DNA from: Mizuhopecten yessoensis | Lineage: Eukaryota | Assembly (NCBI RefSeq): GCF_002113885.1 | Contig: NW_018407700.1 | Location: 2,893,877-2,957,876 of the forward strand | Reading direction: 5' to 3' | DNA: 64,000 nucleotides | In this document: one piece after another, positions 1-13,800 of the stretch | Layout: every line of letters begins with the position of its first letter | Position numbering within the stretch: position 1 is the first letter of the stretch | Notes under the pieces: generated by a model | Databases searched by the model: none | Told to the model about the DNA's origin: nothing | The model's input: the letters and a program-made list of their open reading frames with translations, nothing else | Position numbers and translations under genes: made by a program

Positions 1-160
1 TACAATGCTAGTGATGACACAGTTACAATGCTAGTGATGACACAGTTACAATGCTAGTGACGGCACAGTTACAATGCTAGTGACGGCACAGTTATAATGC
101 AAGTATTGACAATACAATGCTAGTGATGACACAGTTACAATGCTAGTGATGACACAGACA
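1..160. repeat. 23-bp minisatellite (ACAGTTACAATGCTAGTGATGAC), in an SDR intron
   Basis: Units start at 20, 43, 66 and 89; about 6-7 copies, truncated by the window edge. Confidence 0.9.
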
Positions 161-493
161 GTGTGCTAGAGCTTCATATGAGAAAACATATATCATAAAG
201 GTAGGAATTACACGTCACAGTTCCAGTGATGTCATCAAGTCACACTGCTACTGATGATTATGTTGCCAAGAGTCAACTTTAATGTCTTTGCAACAACATT
301 AAATATAATGTCATATTACTAGATATATATGTGTGCAAATGTTTCGTTCAAAAATCTTCACTTTGTTTTTATTGCCACTGTAACCTTGAAATGAAAGAGT
401 AATTGATGATGACACACAATGGCATTCAATTCTATAAAATGTATTCAATAATTCTGAGTTAAATGTTTCCAGCAAAGACAATCAATAACCATG

Positions 494-1300
494 TCTACCT
501 GTTCTGACCTGTACCTGTGACTTTGATGTTTACACCTCTACCTGTTCTGAACTATACCTGTGACTTTGATGTTTACACCTCTACCTGTACTGACATATAC
601 CTGTGACTTTGATGTTTACACCTCTTCCTGTTCTGACCTGTAACTGTACACATGACTTTGATGTTTACACCTCTACCTGTACTGACATATACCTGTGACT
701 TTGATGTTTACACCTCTACCTGTTCTAACCTGTTAGTGTGACTTAGATGTTTACACCTCTACCTGTACTGACCTATACCTGTGACTTTGATGTTTACACC
801 TCTACCTGTTCTGACCTGCACCTGTGACTTTGATGTTTACACCTCTTCCTGTTTTGACCTATACCTGTGACTTTTATGTTTACACATCTACCTATTCTGA
901 CCTGTTACTGCGACTTAGATGTTTACACCTCTACCTGTTCTGACCTATACCTGTGACTTTGATGTTTACACCTCTACCTGTTCTGACCTGTTAGTGTGAC
1001 TTAGATGTTTACACCTCTACCTGTACTGACCTATACCTGTGACTTCGATGTTTACACCTCTACCTGTTCTGACCTGTACCTGTGACATTGATGTTTACAC
1101 CTCTACCTGTTCTGACCTATAACTATGACTTTGATGTTTGCACATCTACCTGTTCTGACCTATACCTGTGACTTTGATGTTTACACCTCTACCTGTTCTG
1201 ACCTGTTACTGCGACTTAGATGTTTACACCTCTTCCTGTTTTGACCTATACCTGTGACTTTGATGTTTGCACATCTACCTGTTCTGACCTATAACTATGA
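494..1300. repeat. 43-bp minisatellite (TCTACCTGTTCTGACCTATACCTGTGACTTTGATGTTTACACC), about 19 copies
   Basis: Direct periodicity of 43 (494, 537, ...). It ends about 12 nt from the SDR exon-8 donor. Confidence 0.95.
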
Positions 1301-1312
1301 CCTTGACCTTAC

Positions 1313-4300
1313 CTTGGCATAAGCTTCCTCATCTAGGCCACCTCTCTTCTGTAACTCGGTGATAATGACACCGGGACTGTAAATACACAATAATTCAAGA
1401 AATAGTTCATGGTGACATTTGTCAAACTGAAAAATACCAAAATTAATCTTTAGATAATGCATACACCAGGACAGTAGTTTATAGTTTAAGTGATGTCTTC
1501 TTACTAGACCAATATCTCTTTTTTCAGAGACAATAAGGTGGAGCATTATGCTTATGATGATGGGTTCATATTAGGAGTCTGGTGGTATCTTACAATTAAC
1601 TTGCAAGATTGAACATTAGCAGAGATGCTGTGAATAATAGCTCGAAGGGATATAATACGTGTCCAATCTATGAGGAATAAACTTGATTAGGAGCTTTCGA
1701 GATAAACTGAAAGAGTAATTTTGTATTTAAAGAAACTTTGAAGTTATATGAAATTATATCATGAGAGAGAAACCAATTGTTCAAAACAAGTTTGTCTTCG
1801 AACTTACTTGACACTGTTTACCCTAACTTGTTTAGGAGCTAGTTCTGAAATAAAGAATAAAGGTTTAAAACTAATGTAACAATCTAAATAACTGCAATTC
1901 AGCAGATGGTCATTAACAAAGGGATAAACTACAGCCGATTTCATTACTTCACACTTTTCTGTACTCACTATGTAAAGCAGAAAATATAATCACTATATTT
2001 CATTTCAGTAAAATGAAAGTGTTCTAATGTTAAACAACAAAATGCATATATATTTTTCACTAAAAATGATGTTGAATATTGTGTATATACATAGGATTAA
2101 CATTTTTGTGCAGAATATTACGACATTGCTGCACATACTAAGTTATAATGCACGTAAAATAAATATGCTTTAACAATAAGCTGTTCATTCTCGATATTAC
2201 ATTATATCAAAATTTGTAATATGCAATTACAATTTTGTATGTAATACCTGGGTTATATAAGAATATTGAAATATTGAACATTACAAACAAACTACATAAG
2301 TAGGATTGGTAGAATAACTAATTTAAAGTTAATTGAGCAGTGTAAGGGAGACAACTGGCCAGATTTACTTCATGAAAATTTCTCGCATAACTGAGGTTTT
2401 TCTTTGTAAGTGTATGACAATAACTACACATAATGTAACCAATTACTTTAGATAATGAGTTCATTCAATTTTCAATTAATTTACATTTAACAAACATATT
2501 TGAACTGAGGACAAACATTGTTACCAAGAGCAACACATCTTGTGAACTGATCCAGAGCAGTCTTTGACATGTTGTAAGCCAGCACATTTGGAAACTGAAA
2601 TTATATTGAAACATGTACATTAGTTTTGAACAAGAAGTCAGTGTATAATGAATATCATAATAAAAGACATCCTCTTTTTTTTTAGAAAACATTTCAGTAA
2701 AAAAGGAATGATTATCTTTAACACTGTATTGTATATAGAAGATAGCTGATAAAAAGTTACAATTATAACGTTCCCTGCTTTACACTACAGAGAGATCAGG
2801 CATCGGATCCTCTAGATAGGATACTGGAAAGGCTCATAACTACTGTACAAAAACAGCTAGTGTAGAAATATCCAAGTACTTACAGAACGTATTCCATTCA
2901 CACTGGACACATTGACAATGTTTCCTTGAGATTTGACCAGGTATGGAACAGCAAGCATGGTCAGGTAATAGATAGATCTGTGTGGGAGGAAAACATACTT
3001 CAAGTTAATAGAGCAGTGTAAGGGAGACAACTGGTCAGATTTACTACATGAAAACTTCCTGCATCACTGAGGTGGTTTTTTTGTAAGTGTATGACAATGA
3101 CTACACATAACCTAAGTAAATAATTTAGATAATGAGTTCATTCAATTTTCAATTATTCTTTTAATTTTCTTTATTTTTCTGTTAACAAAGTTTGGCTTTG
3201 CCTTTAATTTGATGACATGCAAAAATAACATGAAAACCTAGTGAGTGGTGTGGGAGGAGTTATATTTTAGATTTAGGTAACAGTCTAGCAATAGTCTATA
3301 ATGATAAAGTTGGTTATGTTTTTCATTGTCTAGGACAACACAAAAAAGCCATAACGAACCAGAGAGCATTTTAAATAAAAAGAAACTGACAAACGATTTG
3401 AGAATATAATGTATAAACAACACACACATGTCCTGACACACCTAAAATGTAACAGATTATATATAAACTCAACAAATGGATATAATAGCTATATATAGCA
3501 ACCGTCTTTATTACCCTTATCTACAACAAAACGCAGTTAGTTTCGTATTACTGGGACATGTTATGTTATGGTTGTTTATATATTCCTGAATGTTAAGACC
3601 ATAAGAAGTCTGTATTTGACATGACACTGTCAGATAGCATATTGTAGGACTCCAGCCTGAACACAATTTGTACCCACCTTACATTTACATTGAAGATCTT
3701 ATCATACTGTTGAAGGGAGGTTGTTTCAATACTACCTAACTCAATGATCCCTGCACAGTTGACCTGGTGCAAACAAGACATACATTTAAAATCACACCTG
3801 AGAACATACCAACGTAAAACACAGTAAAATACTAGGTATTCTCCCCTGTTTACATGTAATTATGTGTTTGTTTATCCTCACTCAGCGAAACTTAACTTGC
3901 AATTTATCAAAACTTTCAGTTTGTTCCATATGGTAGACTGGCTACATTTAAAAGGAATCATAAAATGTATTAATATTTGTGGTGAATTTTTAGTGTGAAC
4001 AAAAGTTAACTGAGTCTGATCATCAATCACCAACATGGCCGTTTAAGTGTGACTGGTAATCTTTCAGTTTTTCATGCTATAACTGCACTTAAATGTTACT
4101 TTGGCCTTAATTAAGGCCACCAAGCTTAAGGTCTCCTAGTTGTTTTTAAGAATTTGATAGATAATGAACTGATTTTGAAGTCAAGCACAATTATAAATAA
4201 AAAATAATAAAAATGTTCGAATTACAAACCAAAATGTTAAGCTTTCCATAGTGTTCCACAGTTTTATCAAAGACTTTTTTAATGTCCTCCTCTTTAGCAA

Positions 4301-7282
4301 GATCTCCAGGAACTAGGAGGGGCTAAAAATAACAAAAATGGAATGTATTGTATACTCAAATGTATTAGTGCATGTGTAATATTATTAACAAGTGTTATCT
4401 GTAGGTCTGAAGTTATATGAAGGGTAATATAATGTGACAATGTCACAACGTCTATCCAATGAAAAAGAACATACATTTGGTTCATTTTGAAAATTTTCCA
4501 TTAATTATGAGATCCTTTATAACAAATTGGGAGCAAGTTTTAAGAAAAAGTTTAATTACATGCCTTGTAACAATATTAAGAAAAAAATAATAACACATAC
4601 CTTTTCACCGTTACCCTCTGAACATTTTTGTCCAATTTTCTGAAGATTGTCTTCTTTACGCCCAGTTAAAGCTAAACTGGCACCAAGTTTTGAAAACAAA
4701 GCAGCGGTGGCTGCTCCAATACCAGAACTAGCTCCTGTAAATAGAAAAATTAATTAATAAACCTTGACTTTTCTGAATGTTTGGAAATAGACTTGATAAA
4801 TATGAACATTCTAGGCCTATTGATCACACCAGTAATTATTTTACTATGATTTTTGAATTAGTGTCACAGTATATATATGCTGTTCTTGTATATTCAAGAG
4901 TCTAAAGAGGGGAACCTATACGATAGTGCTGGGAAGATGATCAATTACAATAAAAAAAATGATCGGTTTGTCCTTTCTGATTCCAATTTTTGATTACAAA
5001 TTCCTTAATCTATATAATCGGTTCATTAATGAAAATATTAAGTGTTAGATATATACAATGTAACGTATGCATTGAAAGTCATTTATTCTGATGATTTTTA
5101 CTCTATAATTGAATAACCCGAGTAAATTTAAAATATCTGATAGTACTTGATCCCTTAATTCACTTCAGGAAATGTTTCACATTATATACAGAACATGTAA
5201 TTTGTCTTAACTCAAAGATCCCTGTGCACTGTATTAGATGTGTAGAGTATCCACAATATAGACCTACATGCATTGAATAAATAAGACTAAACAAACGTAC
5301 ATGAATAAATTATAAGACGTATACCTACATGTACAAAGTGTATTGTCATAGGAATCTGATATTTAGTCTGTAAATCAGAAAGAAAGATGAACAGAGATAC
5401 TAGCTCTGCTTTATTTTCTCTATACATCTCTTATTCCATAGTGTATAGTAAACATCAAATTTCTTCCAGATTGGCCTCGTTGACATTGGTTAGAAAATAA
5501 GGTAATACACATTGGTAACGTCACACTACCACAATTGGTACACTACCCAAATTGGTACATGGTCAGAAAATTGTTCGAATAGTACTTTAAAAATTAAATT
5601 TGAGATTTTCCTTTGACAGTATAACAAAAGAGGTATTTATCAGCATTTAAGCTGAATAGTTTTGTTCTAAGGAACATTTTAAGAGTAAACGATGACTTCA
5701 AAGAAAACACATCAGAAAACCAGTAAAAACGACATAAGTCGACGAAATTTTGGAGGATTTTCAAGGGGTTATAAATATAAGCATGTTTAAATGTTAATTT
5801 CTGGTCCTTATAACTGGATTATATAAAAGTCAATATATACAATTATAGTTCAGTATGGTATCTATAAAAGCAATATATTTTGTTGTAATCGGCACATATC
5901 AACTTGTAGAAATAAAAACAAATCCTATAGCCAGTGATATGGTGTATCAATTTGGGTACTAATTACGGCCGAAAAACGGATGAAATCTCACTCCGAGTTT
6001 AGCGTTCTATTTTCAAAAACAAATTACTTAGATATAAAACTTTTCCTGAAAATGAACCACCATAAGTAGTCTTTGTCAAGAATCAAGAAACATTCTAGAT
6101 ACATGATCTGAATTTTTAAAGATCACTAAAAAAACTGTCAAAATTGTACCAATTGTGGTAGTGTGACATTACGGCTATTTTCAAAGCCAATATAACAAAA
6201 TCTAAAAGTAAATTTCAGCGCATCAAAAACTATGCTTATAAAACTGGTATGTCCCAAAATAGAATACAGTGCCACAGTTTGGGACTCTCACAATATCTGT
6301 CATGCTGTACAGAATCGTACCCAACTTATATGCACTCGCTCAAGACATCACCAGCTATATGCCCTCAAACAATAAATGCAAAACCGCCAGATATTGCTAT
6401 AACAACTCATTCTCTGCTAGAAGTATAACCCTGTGGAATCTCCCTCAGACTTTGGTGTCTGCTAATTGACTCTAGTACTAGTACTGTTGATGCTTTCAAA
6501 GCTGCTTTCACAGTTCTACATCTCAGATTATAGTTGTAAGAGGTACATGTACAGATCATCTGTACATATACCTCTCACAACTCCAGATCACCCCTGTTTA
6601 TAATCTTTTATCATATACCCTATTTAAAAAAAAAAAGTGTGCTTTTTAACTAAGGCCAAGTGGAAAAATAATCTAAATTGATGGAATCTAGTATCAAAAA
6701 GAACACAGCTTTCCCAAGTTCATAATTCATACTACCTAATTATCTTCTAGCCTGAGTTTCCTCTTGCCCTTACACCAGAATAGGACATTTTGACTGATAT
6801 ATGTCTGGTGTAGCAGACACCTTTTTGTCAAAATGTCTTAGTCTGGTGTAAATTAAGGCAAGAGGAAACTTGCAGGTCTTAGAATTATCCAACTGATAAA
6901 TGCATGACAACAATGCATATCACGCACAGCACAGAAGTCCGAAATTCTGTCAATACTTAATAATACAAGTGATATGAAAAATATATCATACATAAGTACT
7001 ACATTTTTTTTTATGTAAGTATTATAAATTATTGACATTCAGACTCCTCTGCTTACAGTTACAATCAAGCTAACAATGCTTTAACCTTTGTCGAAAAGAT
7101 CTATGCTAGACTTGATTTCACCGATATGACGGTTTAAAATGATTACGAAATCTTTCAATATAAATTTGCCATGGAAAATGCAATGGGCGTTACACAAGTG
7201 CTCGGCTGCATTATGACTCTGCTGTTGTCATTACCATACCTGTTATAAGGGCCACTTTCCCCGACAGACTGGACGCAGCCAT
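1313..7282 (-). CDS. Classical short-chain dehydrogenase/reductase (FabG-like SDR); 8 exons in the window, 3' end outside it
   Basis: Exons 7282-7240, 4734-4601, 4322-4230, 3763-3678, 2977-2884, 2594-2525, 1844-1808, 1376-1313. All are GT-AG with consistent phase (207 codons). Translation: MAASSLSGKVALITGASSGIG (TGxxxGxG)...LNILVNCAG...FNVNV...GNIVNVSSV...AYNMSK (YxxxK)...ELAPKQVRVNSVNPGVIIT. Confidence 0.95.
2335..3156. repeat. ~145-bp direct repeat pair (2335-2478 and 3011-3156) in SDR introns 6 and 4
   Basis: Both copies read GAGCAGTGTAAGGGAGACAACTGG...TTTAGATAATGAGTTCATTCAATTTTCAATTA with scattered differences. Confidence 0.85.
5518..6169. mobile_element. MITE with ~25-bp TIRs and TA target duplication (Tc1/mariner-like)
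   Basis: Left end TA|ACGTCACACTACCACAATTGGTACA; right end TGTACCAATTGTGGTAGTGTGACAT|TA; no ORF. Confidence 0.8.
6172..6510 (+). mobile_element. Degenerate CR1/L2-type LINE RT C-terminal remnant
   Basis: Fragments read like AYK.LV.PKIEYSATVWD and YNNSFSARSITLWNLPQTLVSA...TVDAFKAA, typical of CR1/L2 ORF2 ends. Confidence 0.55.
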
Positions 7283-7816
7283 TTTGTTTTCCTGTGTGAC
7301 GTTGGATTCCAAAGTAAAACAAGAAACGACACGTATAAAAAGTCCGCAAAGATTTAATATGTGCATGTAAAATCATGTAGACCACATGCAGTAGACTGGG
7401 TTTCATTTAACGTCGGGATTCTTGGGGGGGCTGTCTTAGACATTGTATCTGAATGAATCCTCAACATTTACTCATAGACGTCTATAATAACCAGAAAAGA
7501 GTTATTTTCATGTATACATATATTAGATATTAGTGCACAAACTAATCAAGTCTACACTGTTGAGGTCATGCTGATAACCTATCACTATGTCGCATCATCC
7601 TTCACAGTTAAACAGCAAACAGTAGCCAGATGTGCTATACTTAACGCTATCAAATCGTCAATGTGTAACCCCATACCACTGACAACGTTTATCTTAAAGT
7701 TAACTAAATTACTACATGTAGGCACCAAATGCAGGCTACCCTACCAAGCAAACATAGATGATCGACATAAATACTGTATATGTAGTATAGATATTATTTT
7801 TTGGTGATCAGTAAGA

Positions 7817-10800
7817 ATGACGTTATATACACTGCTGCTAGTGTGTGTCGGGTTGCTGCTGCAGGTAACCACACGATGTAATTGTCACCTATGTCTCATC
7901 TCACCCCGACAGCGGGGCGACATGGATATCTCCTCAGTAAGTATCAACCATCCCCCACCCCTCCTCTAGGTGTACCTCCGCCCCAACCCCACCACCGTGA
8001 CCAAATCCCTCCCTCGTACAGTAGTGTAGTATAAATGCATGAATACAGTGTAGTATTGTTCCCTCTTAGCAATTCAACGGTTATGCCGATAGGCTCTGTT
8101 AACTTCGTACTACGTTCAGGCGGAGCCATGTAACAGATGATTTTAATCAGATTGATGTGCCATGATACGAGTTATCTATCGCACGGATATTTAATTGAAT
8201 TTGTGTTTTTATGTTTATCGTCAATAGCACGATACTGACGGGACAACAGTCTGACAATCACAGTCATTCCACTTGTTAATTAATTGTGAAGCGTTATATT
8301 GGTGAATGAATGACAGAACACTATATAGCAATTTAACAGGGGTTTGAACGTGCGAGTAAAATACTCACTAGAATACTGAGTAAGGAAGATATACAAATGT
8401 AGTTTGTCGAAATGACAACGGCTCCCTCTATAACAGCATTATTGAAACGCCGGATAATGACTTATCTTCAATTGGCGACCCATCGTTTCCCCTTTGTTAC
8501 AACAATTTCCTTCTAACATGTATGTGTGATACTCCAGTTTATGAATAAATCATCTACAATAAGTATGTTCTGATGAACAAAAGGAACGTTTTATTCGCAA
8601 ATTTGAGGTTCTTCATTTTTATTACTTTTGTCTCATATTGTTATATTTTCTACATACACGTAATTTTACAATATTTGGAATCGGGTTGCACATGTTTGTG
8701 TTGCATCTTTCCAGCCTGGAAGTCGTTCTTGTAACAGGAACATGGCGCCATGTGGCGGAATGTCAATAGAAAGACCAAGTGGTAAACCTCTCATCGGTGG
8801 GCAACTCATATTTCTGAAATGGCAGCAGAACGTCAACCATTACGAAGTCGGATATCCAGGTTTGCACCGAAATTCGTTTCATAGCCGTTGTATTGGCCAG
8901 GTATGACGCAAGTGTTGACATTGTTAGAGACCACAAAGGAATAACTTATATACTATCAACTTTCCTGAATGGCAAGTCATGAACTCCGTATACCACTGTC
9001 ACATTTGGTCTGACTAAAGGCTAATCAAAAGAACCAAGAAGACTTTATTAGAAATGATACAAATTTAACAATATTGCAATAGGGGCAGATCAACATCGGT
9101 CTGTTAAATGATCACGAAGTAGCGGGCACAGATATAAACATTTAATTTTCAGAGTTTCATATCAATTGTCTCTTACAATAATGCTATGGAAGATATATCT
9201 ATCCTCTGTCAACAAACCTACAGAAGGGATGGCAAAAGTAAATATATTAACTTGGCAAAAGTAAATATATAAACTTCCTCTCTCTAGTCTACAGAGGGGA
9301 TGTCAAAAGTAAATATATTAACTTGGCAAAAGTAAATATATTAACTTCCTCTCTCTAGTCTACAGAGGGGATGTCAAAAGTAAATATATAAACTTCCTCT
9401 CTCTAGTCTACAGAGGGGATGTCAAAAGTAAATATATTAACTTGGCAAAAGTAAATATATTAACTTCNNNNNNNNNNNNNNNNNNNNNNNNNNNNNNNNN
9501 NNNNNNNNNNNNNNNNNNNNNNNNNNNNNNNNNNNNNNNNNNNNNNNNNNNNNNNNNNNNNNNNNNNNNNNNNNNNNNNNNNNNNNNNNNNNNNNNNNNN
9601 NNNNNNNNNNNNNNNNNNNNNNNNNNNNNNNNNNNNNNNNNNNNNNNNNNNNNNNNNNNNNNNNNNNNNNNNNNNNNNNNNNNNNNNNNNNNNNNNNNNN
9701 NNNNNNNNNNNNNNNNNNNNNNNNNNNNNNNNNNNNNNNNNNNNNNNNNNNNNNNNNNNNNNNNNNNNNNNNNNNNNNNNNNNNNNNNNNNNNNNNNNNN
9801 NNNNNNNNNNNNNNNNNNNNNNNNNNNNNNNNNNNNNNNNNNNNNNNNNNNNNNNNNNNNNNNNNNNNNNNNNNNNNNNNNNNNNNNNNNNNNNNNNNNN
9901 NNNNNNNNNNNNNNNNNNNNNNNNNNNNNNNNNNNNNNNNNNNNNNNNNNNNNNNNNNNNNNNNNNNNNNNNNNNNNNNNNNNNNNNNNNNNNNNNNNNN
10001 NNNNNNNNNNNNNNNNNNNNNNNNNNNNNNNNNNNNNNNNNNNNNNNNNNNNNNNNNNNNNNNNNNNNNNNNNNNNNNNNNNNNNNNNNNNNNNNNNNNN
10101 NNNNNNNNNNNNNNNNNNNNNNNNNNNNNNNNNNNNNNNNNNNNNNNNNNNNNNNNNNNNNNNNNNNNNNNNNNNNNNNNNNNNNNNNNNNNNNNCAAAA
10201 GTAAATATATTAACTTCCTCTCTCTAGTCTACAGAGGGGATGTCAAAAGTAAATATATCAACTTCCTCTCTCTAGTCTACAGAGGGGATGTCAAAAGTAA
10301 ATATATTAACTTCCTCTCCCTAGTCTATTAACAATGGTATGGTTAGTTTTTGAAATATCAATGTATTTTCTGTAACAGTTATAGATAGACACACCGTTGG
10401 GAGACATAATCATTACCATTTATGCAGTTGAAAGGTTCATTTGGACGTTTAACACAATGTGTTACAGGCTATATGGATATTCGCATTGCCAATGTGACGG
10501 GGGATGACTTTATGTCTCTACTGACGTTCGTTCCTGACGTTAACATGTTCACACAGAATCACCAGCAAAACTTTACTGCCATTTCTGTGAGTATCATATA
10601 ATACTTCGTCACTTCCATGAGTATACACTCATCAGATAACAAATGACCGAACTATAAAGAATCATTACGAAGTGCCTACCTGTAAAGTCATCATGTGGTA
10701 TCAAGCGAATGCATCAAAGTAAATTATATTGTTTATAGCAATAGGAAAACAATGTTCGTTCTTCAACTTGTTATTTAATTTGTATTAAGAGCTTTAAAAC

Positions 10801-13800
10801 AAATGGAGTTTAATCTAGCCAGCAACATGCGAACTTCATTTCAGAAAATATCACGCAATTATAAAAAAAAATAATTGGAGCATGACTGAGTTGTAATATA
10901 ATGAAATACGGCGGGGCATGCTTGTCTATCAACTTTGAGCCTAATTCGTTTTGTGACAAAAAATGTTTCTTACTCTATCACATGTTGGTTCTCAAAGATT
11001 ATCCCTCAGATTCCGTGTCGTCACTGTATCATCATAGCAAGGTACCAGTCACACAAACCCGGAGAGTCGACATTCTATCAGTGCGCTGACGTCAGAGTCA
11101 TTACAAACTTCAGCAGTGGCGCGACACCCGAAGTTCTGCATACTGATCCGAGCTTCAGAACGGCTAACGCAGTTTATGAACTTCACAAATCCTCACCAAT
11201 GCGAACAGAATTAACAGACACAGTCCGTCTTCAGGGACTCGTCTACAATGAATTTGAACCGGATCGCATTCACTTTGTAAATATTTCATTGAACACCGGT
11301 TTTATTCAAGAACTGAATACATTTGACATTGGTTTGGATTATTCTGCGAGACGATCTCTCCAGCCAACAAGTGGTAGAGATCCAACGATCCTACCCTTTA
11401 AAATGAACTTTTTAATTGATGGGATTGTGGCTGTAAATCGCGAATCAAACACCGTTTTAACAGTTTATCATAATGGTGGTTCAATGGATGACGTTGCCAG
11501 TAACGTAATGGCGATATACACAGATAACGGAGAGTTGAAATTAACCAAACCAATTCAGGACTTTGACGGCGTCCCAATAAGTGCATTGGTATTCGTGAAG
11601 CCCCAAACTTACGCCTCCTTCAGCATACAAGAGGATCATGACAATCAGGGTTTGTCTATCAATTCAACTCAAGTTCAGTAAGGAGATGCTCGAAAGGATG
11701 CTAATGATGTGAATTATGCAAAGTTCAATTGTTCGATAAGATCATTGTAAATATTATAAGAAAATTATGATATTTATGTCTTTTCATTTCATAAAAGCAA
11801 AGTACATCTGTTGTTAATATTGCACCACAGGTACTAGCCTCGTCTGTCAATACACCTATGATATAAGCAAGGTTACTATATATTTAACTCCGTCCCCCTA
11901 GTAAAATGACCTAGTTCCAGAAAACATGCGATTTTGTCATAACCGTTTATAGTCTGACGCCGGGAGCAGTCGAGATCAACAGGAAAATAATATTTCTTTA
12001 ATTTGATGTATGAGTTGCCATATATCATCCAGTATGATTTTCGGTAGACTTCATGAAACATCGAAAAATAGTCGAATTTCAGTTGGTCGGACACTGTGCT
12101 GTCCACGGGATGACACGCTAAATTCCTAGTGGGTAGCGCAAAACACCCCCATATCCGCTATTCAATGTCGGCACAGTATTTCTATGATTGGAAACAAACT
12201 TACTTGTATGATTGTTCATGGCCCAACATTATCATGTCGGACACCCGAATCCAGTTTTCAAGTTGGTCAGGCTGACGATCGGAAATCTGAACAGACCTGC
12301 AATTTTCTTTAACTTTTGTGATCTCTGCCCTGATTGACTTCTAAATCTAACGGACCGATCAGAGCCGAGGTCACAAAAAATAGATGAAATGGCAGGCTCT
12401 TTTAAGATTTCCGATCGTCAGCCTGACCAGCTTGTAAACTGGACTCGGGCGGAGTTAGCAACCTTACCTATATTATAGGTGTATTAAGGGACGAAGCCAG
12501 TACATGTGATTGCACTGATCAATTCCTTATGTTTTTAGGCAACTTTTACTTTATCCTTGGGCAAATCACCATCGCTCCGACAGGCGACCTAGTCTACTCA
12601 CGAATATACAAGAGCAACACCACAGAGGACAAGTACATGAATTACAAGTGGTCAACCTATGATGTCACCACTGGTATTATGTATGTTTTGATGGACCGAG
12701 ATGGCTCAGCTACTCCGGATACCCGAATATACACATACAGCGTCACAAACAAGTACATAATTAGAACTCAATTTATGTAACATGGTATTCACGGCATTTA
12801 TAGCAAATCATAAGTGATTTACGTTATCATTTTACATTTCAAGGGGTCGTGATCACTCCTTGACTAATAGTAGTACTAGAAATACATTTTTGTGCTGATT
12901 TGTTTGGAGTTTACGCTGTGATTTACGCGATGTGCTTCGGGTAATGTACATTGGAATTTACTGATGCAGCTTTCCAAATTTGGTGTTTGTAAAACTATAT
13001 ATCTCATGACAGTTTATTTTAGAATTTACGGACTTTATCCTATATAAATGATTAAGATCGAAGAAATATGTAAAGATTCAAATATTGGTGTCGGTTCATA
13101 AAACCTATGTAATTATGGTATTTTTACCCAATCACTATACGTTTAGTATGCTGGTAATGACATGGTGTTCAATACTAAACTATAACGATGAAATGTTACT
13201 TTCTGTCGCACTTTCTCTTTGAATTCGTTCTTGGCGATTACTAATTACTAGATGATTACCCGATGAACATTTCAGACAATAGTCCTGTATCTTCCTGATT
13301 TCTGTATTCAAATGCGAAATTCAAAAATCTTTATTATTAAATTCTAAGGATTTCCCGGGGCAATTTTTCTTTTTGTTTTGTGAACGTCCTCACAACAGCT
13401 AAGGTGACATGAACACGGTATCTTGGGAAGACTCGGCAGATAGCCTAGAACAATTATACCTGTCCTTTAAAATTCTGTTGAATATTCATTGATTCATCGT
13501 GAAAAACGAGTCCACAAGACAACTAGAATACAATGTCTTTTAATATTAAATCCAACAGATATTTAATGACAGTGGTTGAAGTACGAAAATGCGGATACGA
13601 TATTGCATCCATGCATGTCTTTCACCCTCACGCCTCCAGTAAAGGTCGTACGTATATTGCACATAGTAACGTTATAATGTCATCAAAATAATCGCAATAC
13701 CAGAGATTCTGTTCGCTGTAATATATATTGAACGCCTTTATCTCTATATGTTATTGAAAATAAAGTTATTTTTATTTATAAAAATACACCAATCGGTGCC

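Noticed and set aside
1313-7282. SDR as direct electron donor for the LPMO-like protein
   Set aside because: The SDR has no signal peptide, so it is likely in a different compartment.
7948-7996. G-quadruplex on the minus strand in intron 1
   Set aside because: Four G runs are present but the central loop is long, and there is no supporting evidence.
9437-10227. 253/261-aa ORFs
   Set aside because: Artefacts of the N gap.
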